Shown here: in pieces, positions 47,892-56,417 of the stretch | Layout of the letters: every line of letters starts with the position of its first letter | Numbering within the stretch: the first letter of the stretch is position 1 | Sequence record: OQ885479 | Reading direction: 5' to 3' (one strand) | Source of the DNA: Escherichia phage SUT_E1520 | Length of the DNA: 64,000 nucleotides | The notes under the pieces: model-generated | Database searches by the model: none | What the model was told of the DNA's origin: nothing | The model's input: only the letters and a program-made list of their open reading frames with translations | Translations under genes and position numbers: made by a program

Positions 47892-48863
47892 TTACTCGTA
47901 TACTCGCTCTACTATGCACGGGATTACACCACCAGCACGAATCACTCGAATCTGGCAACCGATCTCTAGATCAAGAGAGTTAATATAATCAACGTTATTA
48001 AGAGTCGCTTTAACAATTGTAGCATCATCAATAATTACCGGTTCGAAATAACCAACTGGAGTTACTTTACCAGAAGCCCCTACCTGCCATTCAACTTTAG
48101 TAAGAGTTGTAACCTCGCCTTCTTCATCCTCTTTAATAGCGAATGCTCCACGAGGGAATTTATTAGTCCAGCCTTCACGGAAGAATTTGTTGTTGTCATT
48201 AATACGAACAACTTTACCATCCGTCGGAATCCATTTAAAGAAGGAACGCACATTAACAACTGTTAAGAAGTTCTCATTCTCCAGCCAAAGCATATCTTTT
48301 AAATATGCTTCTGTAATACCTACAGATTCAGCAGAACACTGGATACCATATGCAACGAAGATTAAACCACCTTCTCCGATACGTTGTACAAAATCATCAC
48401 TATCTTTGAGGTTAATAGCACCAGAGGCAAAGTTACGTTTATTTTCTACTTCTTTTGTAATTAGAACTTCACCAGTGATTTGAGTAGGTACTTTTTGGGA
48501 AATCTTTTTAGGGATATTCAGCAATCTTACGTTGCTTGTGACATCATTCCCTAGAATACCATTACCACGAGTTAGTGCTTGAACAAATTCGCCATTAATA
48601 TATAACAGAGAAATTGCACAACCATCTAACTTATCAGTTTCTACTTGACCTAACGGGTTAAACGGAGGTTTATCTCCACGATTATAATAAACTTTCTGTA
48701 AAGAATACATACGATACAGATGTGGAATATCGCCCTTAGGTCCGATCTCTTCTTCTAACGGAAAGCGTTTTACCAGGCAATCATACTCTTCATCAGAGAT
48801 TAAAGACATACCTTGATAATATGCTTCTTGGCAACGTTTAATAAAGTCTTTTACATTGGTCAT
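47892..48863 (-). CDS. NAD-dependent DNA ligase, N-terminal part (adenylation plus OB domain) expressed as separate subunit
   Basis: 323 aa; KLDG adenylation motif (ETDKLDGCAIS); OB-domain RAGGVIP motif at C-terminus. Confidence 0.8.
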   Translation of the reverse strand: MTNVKDFIKRCQEAYYQGMSLISDEEYDCLVKRFPLEEEIGPKGDIPHLYRMYSLQKVYYNRGDKPPFNPLGQVETDKLDGCAISLLYINGEFVQALTRGNGILGNDVTSNVRLLNIPKKISQKVPTQITGEVLITKEVENKRNFASGAINLKDSDDFVQRIGEGGLIFVAYGIQCSAESVGITEAYLKDMLWLENENFLTVVNVRSFFKWIPTDGKVVRINDNNKFFREGWTNKFPRGAFAIKEDEEGEVTTLTKVEWQVGASGKVTPVGYFEPVIIDDATIVKATLNNVDYINSLDLEIGCQIRVIRAGGVIPCIVERVYE

Positions 48864-49136
48864 TTATTCTGCCTCATAGTATGTGGGTTGTCTAGTGGAT
48901 CCGTGCCATGTATAATTTTTGCAAAGATGCAAATATGTAGTTTTTACTAGCCTATCTGACAACGGAGAGTATATTTCAGCTACTAATACTTCTTTTTCGT
49001 AATGAAGTGAAATCAGCTTATACCCACTTCTAGTTTTAGTATACTTTTCTCCATTAATCTTCCCCTCCCACATAAGTATAAGAGGCTGTCCGATGTACGG
49101 GAAAGGTTTAAGTGTACTTATACTTATCTTTTTCAC
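48864..49136 (-). CDS. hypothetical protein
   Basis: 90-aa ORF, stop adjacent to ligase start. Confidence 0.45.
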   Translation of the reverse strand: MKKISISTLKPFPYIGQPLILMWEGKINGEKYTKTRSGYKLISLHYEKEVLVAEIYSPLSDRLVKTTYLHLCKNYTWHGSTRQPTYYEAE

Positions 49137-49166
49137 TTTGCAACCCTCTCATTAATTTATATAAAT

Positions 49167-49195
49167 ATTATATAACAAAACTGAGTTGAAAGCAA
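49167..49195 (-). promoter_or_regulatory. early sigma70 promoter (TTGCTT-17-TATAAT)
   Basis: rc of 49190-49195 is TTGCTT, 17-bp spacer, rc of 49167-49172 is TATAAT. Confidence 0.5.
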
Positions 49196-49222
49196 ATACA
49201 TTTATAAAGAAAAAGCCAAGAA

Positions 49223-49531
49223 CTAGGCATTCTTGGCTTTGAGTTCTTCAGCTCGTTTCTGTACTTCATGTAAAACCTCAGATTCGCTAAGAATCTGTGT
49301 AAACGCATAGAAAAGCTGTGATGTTGTTTCTAGGGTGTAAGGAAAAGAGAAGCCAGATTTCGTTGGAAACCATTCATCATTAATATCAAGAAGCCAGTAA
49401 CGAATACCCATGTATAGATTCCCACGAAATTCAGATACTGTTAATCTTACTTGTTCCCCCTCCTTCTCCCAAAGTATGATGGACTGGTCATCAACGTGTC
49501 CTTCATAGTTTTGATTTACCTGTTCGCTCAT
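49223..49531 (-). CDS. hypothetical protein (possibly PC4-like ssDNA-binding fold)
   Basis: 102 aa; weak pattern resemblance only. Confidence 0.45.
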   Translation of the reverse strand: MSEQVNQNYEGHVDDQSIILWEKEGEQVRLTVSEFRGNLYMGIRYWLLDINDEWFPTKSGFSFPYTLETTSQLFYAFTQILSESEVLHEVQKRAEELKAKNA

Positions 49532-49545
49532 TTACATATCCCAAA

Positions 49546-49571
49546 TACACAAAAAGCCCCATATAGGGGCT
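49546..49571 (-). terminator. rho-independent terminator
   Basis: AGCCCC-ATATA-GGGGCT followed by TTTTTGTGTATTT on the minus strand. Confidence 0.65.
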
Positions 49572-49581
49572 AATTGGTTTC

Positions 49582-49878
49582 TTATCGGCCTACTGGAGAA
49601 GCACGATCTAACTCTGATTGGAGGCTAGTCACACGACGGACTTTCTCGACAGGAATAAAACGGAAGCTATCATTAGTACGAGAGAAGACAAGGATCTCAT
49701 CATCTTTCGCTTTACGAATACGTTCACGTTTAATACGCTCAGCCAGATATTTATCTTGGGCTGGATCAAATTCCATCGTACCCTGAAGGTACGTGGTTCC
49801 TTTCTGACGAAGTTTCTCGTAATGAAGATAAAACTCACCAAATTTTTCACATTGTGCGATAATTTCAGCTTTGGTCAT
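49582..49878 (-). CDS. hypothetical protein
   Basis: 98-aa ORF. Confidence 0.5.
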   Translation of the reverse strand: MTKAEIIAQCEKFGEFYLHYEKLRQKGTTYLQGTMEFDPAQDKYLAERIKRERIRKAKDDEILVFSRTNDSFRFIPVEKVRRVTSLQSELDRASPVGR

Positions 49879-49914
49879 AACTGTGTTCCTTTTGTTGGTG
49901 GATTTATCTAAAAA

Positions 49915-50325
49915 TTACTTAGTGATAGCTCGGATTGCTTCTGCCAGATGAGCAGCCGCTTTACCGGTCAGTTTGTCGATAATTGCATCATCCAGAAAAT
50001 CTGGTGCTAGGCCAGCATCAGAGAATGCTGAACGAAGATCGGCATGAGCTTGGGCTTTGGAAGTGCGAGAACCACCAGAAGCTTTTTCTCCAGTAGATGC
50101 ACTAGATTTAGAAGCAGAGCCAGCAGCTTTCTTGATATATACACCTGCTTTGGTCAACTTCATACGAAAACCGTTCGGAGTTACACCATTTTCCTGAGCA
50201 ATTTCGCTAACAATTTCCATGCTAACACCCGGACGTTCATCCTCTGGGAATTGCTCCATACGAGCAACGTATTCGGAAGACATTTTTTCGAACAGTTCAT
50301 CAGTCCACTGAGTTGGAGTAGTCAT
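49915..50325 (-). CDS. hypothetical protein
   Basis: 136-aa ORF; Ser/Ala-rich basic linker. Confidence 0.5.
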   Translation of the reverse strand: MTTPTQWTDELFEKMSSEYVARMEQFPEDERPGVSMEIVSEIAQENGVTPNGFRMKLTKAGVYIKKAAGSASKSSASTGEKASGGSRTSKAQAHADLRSAFSDAGLAPDFLDDAIIDKLTGKAAAHLAEAIRAITK

Positions 50326-50377
50326 ATTTTATATTTCCTTAATTAAGAATTAAACAGAATAGTTCTTTCAAACTATG

Positions 50378-50412
50378 AGAATATTATATCAAGAATTATA
50401 GGATTAAGCAAC
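50378..50412 (-). promoter_or_regulatory. early sigma70 promoter (TTGCTT-17-TATAAT)
   Basis: rc reads TTGCTTAATCCTATAATTCTTGATATAAT; coordinates approximate. Confidence 0.45.
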
Positions 50413-50428
50413 TGAAATTTTTCTGTAG

Positions 50429-50704
50429 TTACTCCACCAGGCCAACAGCAAGCATATCATCAATGCTGGCAATCTCCCAATCGTCAGCAATAGCTTCGCA
50501 TACTGTTAACGTAACAACCTCACTATAGGGATAATTACCAGCTACCCAGGTATGTTGGGTAACTACATCTGAGTCAGCGTCTAAAGTTAGTAACACTAAG
50601 CCATTATTGTCATTATCCCAGCTTCTACGATATAGAGTTTTTACTTCCCCATCTTTAAGCAAATCTGTTAGCTTACTCACGGCGTTTTCCTTTTTCTTTA
50701 TCAA
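50429..50704 (-). CDS. hypothetical acidic protein
   Basis: 91-aa ORF overlapping upstream gene. Confidence 0.45.
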   Translation of the reverse strand: MIKKKENAVSKLTDLLKDGEVKTLYRRSWDNDNNGLVLLTLDADSDVVTQHTWVAGNYPYSEVVTLTVCEAIADDWEIASIDDMLAVGLVE

Positions 50705-51377
50705 GTTTCAGGGCAGCCTTAACAGCTTCGTTAATCAACGTAATAATTTCTTCACGAGTCCACTTATATCCTAGAGATTTTACGTCTACCCCTAACTTTT
50801 CCAGATGTTTAACAGAAGCCAGCTCGTAATTCATATAATGAACGTTCTGTTGTTTGCCTTCTGATAGAAGCCATACACGGTAACAACCAACAGGGTTATC
50901 CATTGCTTTTTTGATTTCACCGATACACTGGTATCCAGGAACCCAAACAAGCTCACCAACTGCAAATTCTTCTGCTACAGCATCATCAGGAATAATTGGA
51001 GGATTCAATGGATCTACAATATCATTCAAACGAAGCAGAGCACCATATCGTTCCAGAACAGATTTAACCATTGCTACAGAGCGGTAATTACGATCGGCAA
51101 TTTCTTCAAAAGAATCACCAGACAAATACTGTTCAATAACGTTAGCTAACTCAATGCCTTCAATGAGTGTGCCACGTTTCTTTTTCTTCATTTCAGCCAC
51201 TTGAATCTGGCGGTCTTGCCATTCTTCAATCATCCTTTCCATAGTTGGATTGGATGATACGCCGAGCATTTCACATGCTGCTTTCTTGGTACCACCGTTC
51301 TCCAGATGCTCTATAACCTTTTTAAAGACTTCATCCGGGATTTCATGGATATGTTTCTTTCTACGAGAACCAGCCAT
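50673..51377 (-). CDS. HTH DNA-binding protein (putative regulator)
   Basis: 234 aa; N-terminal HTH-like GGTKKAACEMLGVSSNPT; transcribed from the PN25-like promoter. Confidence 0.55.
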   Translation of the reverse strand: MAGSRRKKHIHEIPDEVFKKVIEHLENGGTKKAACEMLGVSSNPTMERMIEEWQDRQIQVAEMKKKKRGTLIEGIELANVIEQYLSGDSFEEIADRNYRSVAMVKSVLERYGALLRLNDIVDPLNPPIIPDDAVAEEFAVGELVWVPGYQCIGEIKKAMDNPVGCYRVWLLSEGKQQNVHYMNYELASVKHLEKLGVDVKSLGYKWTREEIITLINEAVKAALKLDKEKGKRRE

Positions 51378-51408
51378 ATTTAAACTCCTCTCTCAAATTT
51401 ATGAATCT

Positions 51409-51437
51409 ATTATACAGAAATTTTTTGCACTATGCAA
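51409..51437 (-). promoter_or_regulatory. PN25-like strong early promoter (TTGCAT-17-TATAAT with AGATTCATAAATTTGAGAGAGGAG leader)
   Basis: -10 and transcribed leader match the T5 PN25 promoter as I recall it; upstream AAAAATTTATTTGC A-tract. Confidence 0.65.
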
Positions 51438-51445
51438 ATAAATTT

Positions 51446-51688
51446 TTACGATTCCTTGAGTAAAGAAGCAAGTTCAGCATAGACTTTATCTAATTCAAAG
51501 CCGATACGAAGAGACACGTTTGTTTTCCGTTGTTTAAGTAACCACTCGGATATGTTAGGGATGCCAGCTAATCTATGCGGTACCACCCTACATAGCTTTT
51601 CCGAAGTGTCGTAAACAGGAACTTTACGTTCTTTTACTGGAAACTTCCTTGTTTCCCATTTTTTATTCTTCACTGTCATTTCTAGCAC
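51446..51688 (-). CDS. hypothetical protein
   Basis: 80-aa ORF. Confidence 0.45.
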   Translation of the reverse strand: MLEMTVKNKKWETRKFPVKERKVPVYDTSEKLCRVVPHRLAGIPNISEWLLKQRKTNVSLRIGFELDKVYAELASLLKES

Positions 51689-54452
51689 CTAGCTCTGCCA
51701 TTGCTTCATCATGCATATGTTTCTCCTCATCAGTCATAAACTTATAGGGGATTGGCATACACTCGATTTTACAATAGGTTCTGTACCAGTCTACAATATT
51801 TTCAGTGTTCATATCCTTACCAATACCCATCATACCAAGATACATTCTGGCATATTTTGGGTTAGCACTCTGACCTGTTTTAAGGAAGAAATCTTTCTTC
51901 TTACCTTTCAGAGCTTCTATGAATGGTTTGATAGTGACATTTGAACACTTCTTAATATCTTCCCAGAACATCTCGTGCATTTTATGGAAGAATGCCGCTC
52001 GATCATTAGGTTTATCCTTGATATATTGTTCAACATGCTCAACTGTTACATCTTTAATAGACTCAAGATGATAGTAGCGAACAAGAAGTAGTTTAGCTTC
52101 ATACGCATCAGCATGACGTGGAGCACAATAATCAGGAGTTGAATATAAAATAGCTTTGATTCGCTCTTCCGTATATTCCTTCCCAGCACCTTCGATAGTT
52201 CCCCAGCTTTCACTGAAAATATCAATAGTTGCACCCTGATCAAGCAAGTAATAACGTAAAGTACTAGTATAATTCCTAGATTCCAGCTCTCTACGACGTG
52301 CGTATAATTGTTGTGCTAACTCCAGCCAACCTTCGTCAATGTTATATTGCTCAGAACCTGCGGAGAATCCACTCGTAGATTTATCAATAAAATAATAAAT
52401 GTTCTGAGCGCCACGGTCGCGCCTGATTGCTTGGAAACGCATGTTTGGCGCTTGGTTGCTGGTTCTAGTAATAACGAATACGTTATCAAAATAGTTGAAG
52501 TCAACACCACTTGTTACGGATGGACTACATAATAAGCAATCAATTTGTTGATCAATTAGCTCATTAGTTGTGTAATCCAGAATACGTCGAATATCTACAT
52601 CGGATGTAGAATTTGAGTGGATTTCCTTAACTAACGCACCCGTATTACGACGCAATGCCATACCCTTCTCATTCAGTTCATCCGGCCCACAGTCAGATAC
52701 TAGGATAGATTTCTCACCCATCTCTAGAGAAGTCTGAAGTGCAACCCAAATACTGGATTCATCCGGGAACTCATAAGCATGAGCTTTTGATAGCATTTTA
52801 CGGTGATGGTTATAAAATGCTACTGGTTTATCAAACTCAATCAAAGAACCATATGCTTCAATTGTTTCTGCACTAATATCCCCATCAGATAATATAATGA
52901 TTTTTGCAGTTGCAAGAATATCCCGAAGAACCTGAATACACTCGCGACGTTGTTTAACAACCGGGGCGAATAATAGGTCATTCATTACTGCATCACATTC
53001 ATCGATAAAGATTGCATCAATTTGACCAATAAAACTCTTGAATTTATGCAAAGAGTGAATAGTTGTGGACATACGGTCAATAGCACCCCGCTTAAAATTA
53101 AGCATATCTACAGACTTATCATATTGTCCTGCACTAAATTTCTTGGCATTTGAAGATACCAGTGCTCTAGTATTGGTAATTGCTAAGAAATTACCTTTAA
53201 TAACTCCTGAATCTAACCAACGCACAACCGCTGTAGTTTTACCTGTACCTAGACTTGCTTTTACAAAAGTCATATAACCTTCTGGTGGTACAGTATTTAA
53301 TTTCAAGAAGTTATCAGTTTCTAGAGAATTAGTTTCTAGCTTTTTAAGTGGAATACCCTTTAAAACATCAGGTATATCACGTTTAGAATTATTAACAAAT
53401 GCTTTCAGAGCCTGTTTACGACCGTTATTAAAGTAATCTTGAATATTGCGACTGTTATCTTTAGTTGCAATATATTCTGATAAGGCTGGACGGATTTCTT
53501 TTTCTAGCCATGCAAAATCAACACCATCCTCTAAGGCTCTGTGATAGAGTTTAGGTATGATACGTAGATACACTCCATCCTCAGCTTCTTCTAGTTCGCT
53601 GATAGTTTCCTCTACTTTATCAGAGGCAGCTTTTTTACCTTTAATTTGATCGAGTAAAGAGTAAAACTCCTCCTTAAACTCACCTCTAGTTGTTTCATAG
53701 TCAACCAGATTATTGGGTAAATTTACTTTAGAACCCTTAACAAATACCAGACGTGAAGCACCCTCCGCTTTAAACGGATCTACTATACCATCGGTAAATA
53801 ACGGATCTGCAAAATAGTGGAGCTGTACGGAAGAGTAATAAGCTAAGTCGGCAATATCAAAGCCATACTTTTGTCTACTACTTTCGTTGATAGATGTAAA
53901 TAAGAATTTGATTTGACCCTGAGTTACTTTAACATTAGATTCTAGTATTAAGTGCATTCGGATACCTGGTTTTAGCCCAGCCGAAGACGATGCATGAGCG
54001 ATAAACCCTGCATCAAGAGGAAACATATCCTCACTAATACTATTTAACATTCTAATAATATGTCGAGCCATGCCAACAAGATCAAACTTGTTGCAACCAC
54101 CTGTATCTACAATACCATCCACGTCCATTGCAATTATATGACTTGGGTTAGATACATTAAAGTTGCCCTTCTTACGTCGCACATTATTTTTAGGTGTAAG
54201 ACATCGACCTCGTACCGCAACGATATGAGGGTCAGACGTTAAACGTCTCATAAGAGGAAGCATTTCTACTAGGGTTTGAGGATCAACTTCATCAATTACA
54301 TCAAACTTGAAGGGCATTGAAGCTGGTTTACCTTCAGGATGCTTTGAGGAAAATCTTTTAGCAAAAAGATAGTCTTCTGCTTTAACTTCTCGCCAATTGC
54401 CTGTGGCTAAATCGCGATGAAATCCTGCATGACCTTGTAGGATTGAGAACAC
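51663..54452 (-). CDS. SF2-type helicase / ATPase resembling replication-origin-binding proteins
   Basis: Walker A ASLGTGKTT, DECD box IFIDECDAV, QAIRRDRG motif-VI-like; start set at GTG 54452 with AGGAG 7 nt upstream; alternative ATG at 54317. Confidence 0.65.
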   Translation of the reverse strand: MFSILQGHAGFHRDLATGNWREVKAEDYLFAKRFSSKHPEGKPASMPFKFDVIDEVDPQTLVEMLPLMRRLTSDPHIVAVRGRCLTPKNNVRRKKGNFNVSNPSHIIAMDVDGIVDTGGCNKFDLVGMARHIIRMLNSISEDMFPLDAGFIAHASSSAGLKPGIRMHLILESNVKVTQGQIKFLFTSINESSRQKYGFDIADLAYYSSVQLHYFADPLFTDGIVDPFKAEGASRLVFVKGSKVNLPNNLVDYETTRGEFKEEFYSLLDQIKGKKAASDKVEETISELEEAEDGVYLRIIPKLYHRALEDGVDFAWLEKEIRPALSEYIATKDNSRNIQDYFNNGRKQALKAFVNNSKRDIPDVLKGIPLKKLETNSLETDNFLKLNTVPPEGYMTFVKASLGTGKTTAVVRWLDSGVIKGNFLAITNTRALVSSNAKKFSAGQYDKSVDMLNFKRGAIDRMSTTIHSLHKFKSFIGQIDAIFIDECDAVMNDLLFAPVVKQRRECIQVLRDILATAKIIILSDGDISAETIEAYGSLIEFDKPVAFYNHHRKMLSKAHAYEFPDESSIWVALQTSLEMGEKSILVSDCGPDELNEKGMALRRNTGALVKEIHSNSTSDVDIRRILDYTTNELIDQQIDCLLCSPSVTSGVDFNYFDNVFVITRTSNQAPNMRFQAIRRDRGAQNIYYFIDKSTSGFSAGSEQYNIDEGWLELAQQLYARRRELESRNYTSTLRYYLLDQGATIDIFSESWGTIEGAGKEYTEERIKAILYSTPDYCAPRHADAYEAKLLLVRYYHLESIKDVTVEHVEQYIKDKPNDRAAFFHKMHEMFWEDIKKCSNVTIKPFIEALKGKKKDFFLKTGQSANPKYARMYLGMMGIGKDMNTENIVDWYRTYCKIECMPIPYKFMTDEEKHMHDEAMAELGARNDSEE

Positions 54453-54539
54453 AACAATACTCCTGTGTTGGAAATGAAATAAGTTTTCTTTAGGACTATT
54501 CAGAAAGAATAGAACAACTGTTACTGTCAATTTCTCAAC

Positions 54540-54890
54540 AAATTAATCGCAAATACTGAAGTGGGGTGGCAACTTCCACTTTCACGCTGCGCTGCTGCTT
54601 TGCTATACCGCACAAATCCTTGAGGATGGCCGCTAAGCCAGATTTGCTCACCTAATGCTTCATGTACTAGCTCATACTAGATGCAATATAACTTACAGAA
54701 TCACGTCTCGGAGTTTTTCACTCCTCCCGTCTCACTTCACAACCACCTCTATCTAGGTTGCTTCGAGGCCTTACCAGGGTTCCTACGGGACGCAGATCGC
54801 TAAGTATTCTATTAACTATTTGTTTAAAAACTAACACGTAACAGTTAAAACAACCCTTAATTGGGCAGCCTAACTGTTCCGTATCGCGGA
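54540..54890 (-). other. ORF-free, relatively GC-rich island transcribed from an upstream promoter; candidate structured RNA or origin
   Basis: no credible ORF in any frame (the track's single ORF here initiates at a non-ATG codon); several short stems visible by eye (for example TCCCGT...ACGGGA, GGAGT-GAAAA-ACTCC). Confidence 0.3.
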
Positions 54891-54951
54891 TTGTAAACAA
54901 GAAAAATTAGCAAAATCAATTTTTACTAATATCTCTCAATTCAATATAAAT

Positions 54952-54980
54952 ATTATATCAAGATTTTGAGCATCCTGCAA
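54952..54980 (-). promoter_or_regulatory. sigma70 promoter (TTGCAG-17-TATAAT) reading into the ORF-free island
   Basis: rc of 54975-54980 is TTGCAG, 17-bp spacer, rc of 54952-54957 is TATAAT; downstream leader resembles the early-promoter leader but has no SD or ATG. Confidence 0.4.
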
Positions 54981-55019
54981 GTAAAATTTTCCGGATGGTG
55001 CTATCATTGGTCTTGAGTA

Positions 55020-55048
55020 CGGATAAAACCGAGCCAAAATGACTCGGT
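55020..55048 (-). terminator. rho-independent terminator
   Basis: ACCGAG-N9-CTCGGT followed by TTTTAT on the minus strand. Confidence 0.65.
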
Positions 55049-55074
55049 AATCAGAGTTCAGCTAATAAAAATCA

Positions 55075-55464
55075 TTAGTCATTTAATCCCGGAACATATA
55101 TCCCAACACGGTTTAATTGTTCTTTAGCTTCTTTGAGAATATCTGGAGTGTACTCCCAAATATCATTTTCCACCTGTAAAAGATGGGGCGAACAACCATC
55201 ATCCGGCACACGACATATGGCAAAACCACGTGGATGGAACAAAGAGAAATTTAGGGCAACAATTAAACCCATAGCAGACAACTCATTCCAATCCAGTTCC
55301 CATTCCCTGGCGTATCCAGACAGGAAAACGCCAATGCATGGATCATCTATTTGCTGCTCAGGAAAAGTGAAGGAGGCTTGTCTTACCCCCAACCAACGTT
55401 GTAGCAGCTTCTCCGCACGTTTCACCAAACTAGGGTCAATCTGACGCCAATATACTTGTTCCAT
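55075..55464 (-). CDS. hypothetical protein, paralog A
   Basis: 129 aa; shares PCIG, W-ELD-MGL-ALN and C-terminal VPGL motifs with the adjacent gene. Confidence 0.55.
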   Translation of the reverse strand: MEQVYWRQIDPSLVKRAEKLLQRWLGVRQASFTFPEQQIDDPCIGVFLSGYAREWELDWNELSAMGLIVALNFSLFHPRGFAICRVPDDGCSPHLLQVENDIWEYTPDILKEAKEQLNRVGIYVPGLND

Positions 55465-55473
55465 TCTGCCTCC

Positions 55474-55902
55474 TTAAGCAGTTAAACCTGGGATCATATA
55501 CCCGAAACGGCGAAGTTTTTGGATACCATCATTCACTTCTTCTGGTGAGTAAGACCAACCGTAACGTTCATTAACTTGAAAACCAGGAGATTCACTAGTT
55601 TTATAGTTAACAACGAGGCGATGCTTAGCAGGCATAAACAGCTTATAGTTTAACGCAAAAACTAAGCCCATTTCATCTAACTCTTTCCAGCCGACAATCT
55701 CTTCAAGACCCTCCTCTACCTGAACAATTAAACCAATACAGGGGGCTTCATCAATATCATCTTTAAAAGCAAAGTAGATTTCGTTATTCTCACACCATAT
55801 TTTCAAAGAGTTAATAGCCTCATTATACAGGCTAGCTGGAAGAGTACGCCAAAAGTTAACCAAAATTGGGTTAGCTTCTTTAGAGAATACATTATTGAAC
55901 AT
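55474..55902 (-). CDS. hypothetical protein, paralog B
   Basis: 142 aa; same motif set as paralog A. Confidence 0.55.
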   Translation of the reverse strand: MFNNVFSKEANPILVNFWRTLPASLYNEAINSLKIWCENNEIYFAFKDDIDEAPCIGLIVQVEEGLEEIVGWKELDEMGLVFALNYKLFMPAKHRLVVNYKTSESPGFQVNERYGWSYSPEEVNDGIQKLRRFGYMIPGLTA

Positions 55903-55904
55903 AT

Positions 55905-56417
55905 TTACACCTTAAATTGTTGTAAGGATTTACACATTTCAAGATCTGGGCTAAATTCTAGCATATAGCTAACAGCTTTTAAATCTTGAAGATTTATACC
56001 AGTCCTACCGTTGACTATAACCGTTGGATACTGATACATCATAGCACCCGCATCATCAAGCACACACCAATGTTTGAGCTTATGCTTTTCAACGAAGCGA
56101 AGAACAGAATTACCCCTAGATAATCCACCACCAGTAAAATCCGTTGTACCAAGAAAACGATCGATAAGGCCTAATCCGGTCATAATCTGAACGTTCTCCA
56201 TCTCATTTCTGACAGAGAACCAAGATGATACTCCAACAATCATTATTGGAGAAGGACGAATAAAGTCCTGAAAAGCCTTGAGAAGCGGTTTGAAAACCCA
56301 ATCACTTCCAAAGAAAATCTTTTCATCATCAGGTGCATGATAGTGGGAGATGCTCGAATTGAGCACCCCATCAATGTCTAGAAAAATAATTGGAGTATTA
56401 CTTATTTCCTGACACAT
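55905..56417 (-). CDS. HAD-superfamily phosphatase-like protein
   Basis: 170 aa; HAD motif I IIFLDIDGVLN at N-terminus; start overlaps the Sir2-like gene stop. Confidence 0.6.
   Translation of the reverse strand: MCQEISNTPIIFLDIDGVLNSSISHYHAPDDEKIFFGSDWVFKPLLKAFQDFIRPSPIMIVGVSSWFSVRNEMENVQIMTGLGLIDRFLGTTDFTGGGLSRGNSVLRFVEKHKLKHWCVLDDAGAMMYQYPTVIVNGRTGINLQDLKAVSYMLEFSPDLEMCKSLQQFKV

Noticed and set aside
54453-54530. N-terminal extension of the 955-aa ORF (track start 54530) and the 60-aa ORF 54718-54900
   Set aside because: Both begin at TTG in the track; the extension covers the SD of a better GTG start at 54452, and the 60-aa ORF has no SD.
54540-54890. Possible tRNA or tRNA cluster in the ORF-free island
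   Set aside because: No T-loop (GTTCRANYC) or cloverleaf arrangement found by eye on either strand; by synteny the T5 tRNA region should lie outside this window.
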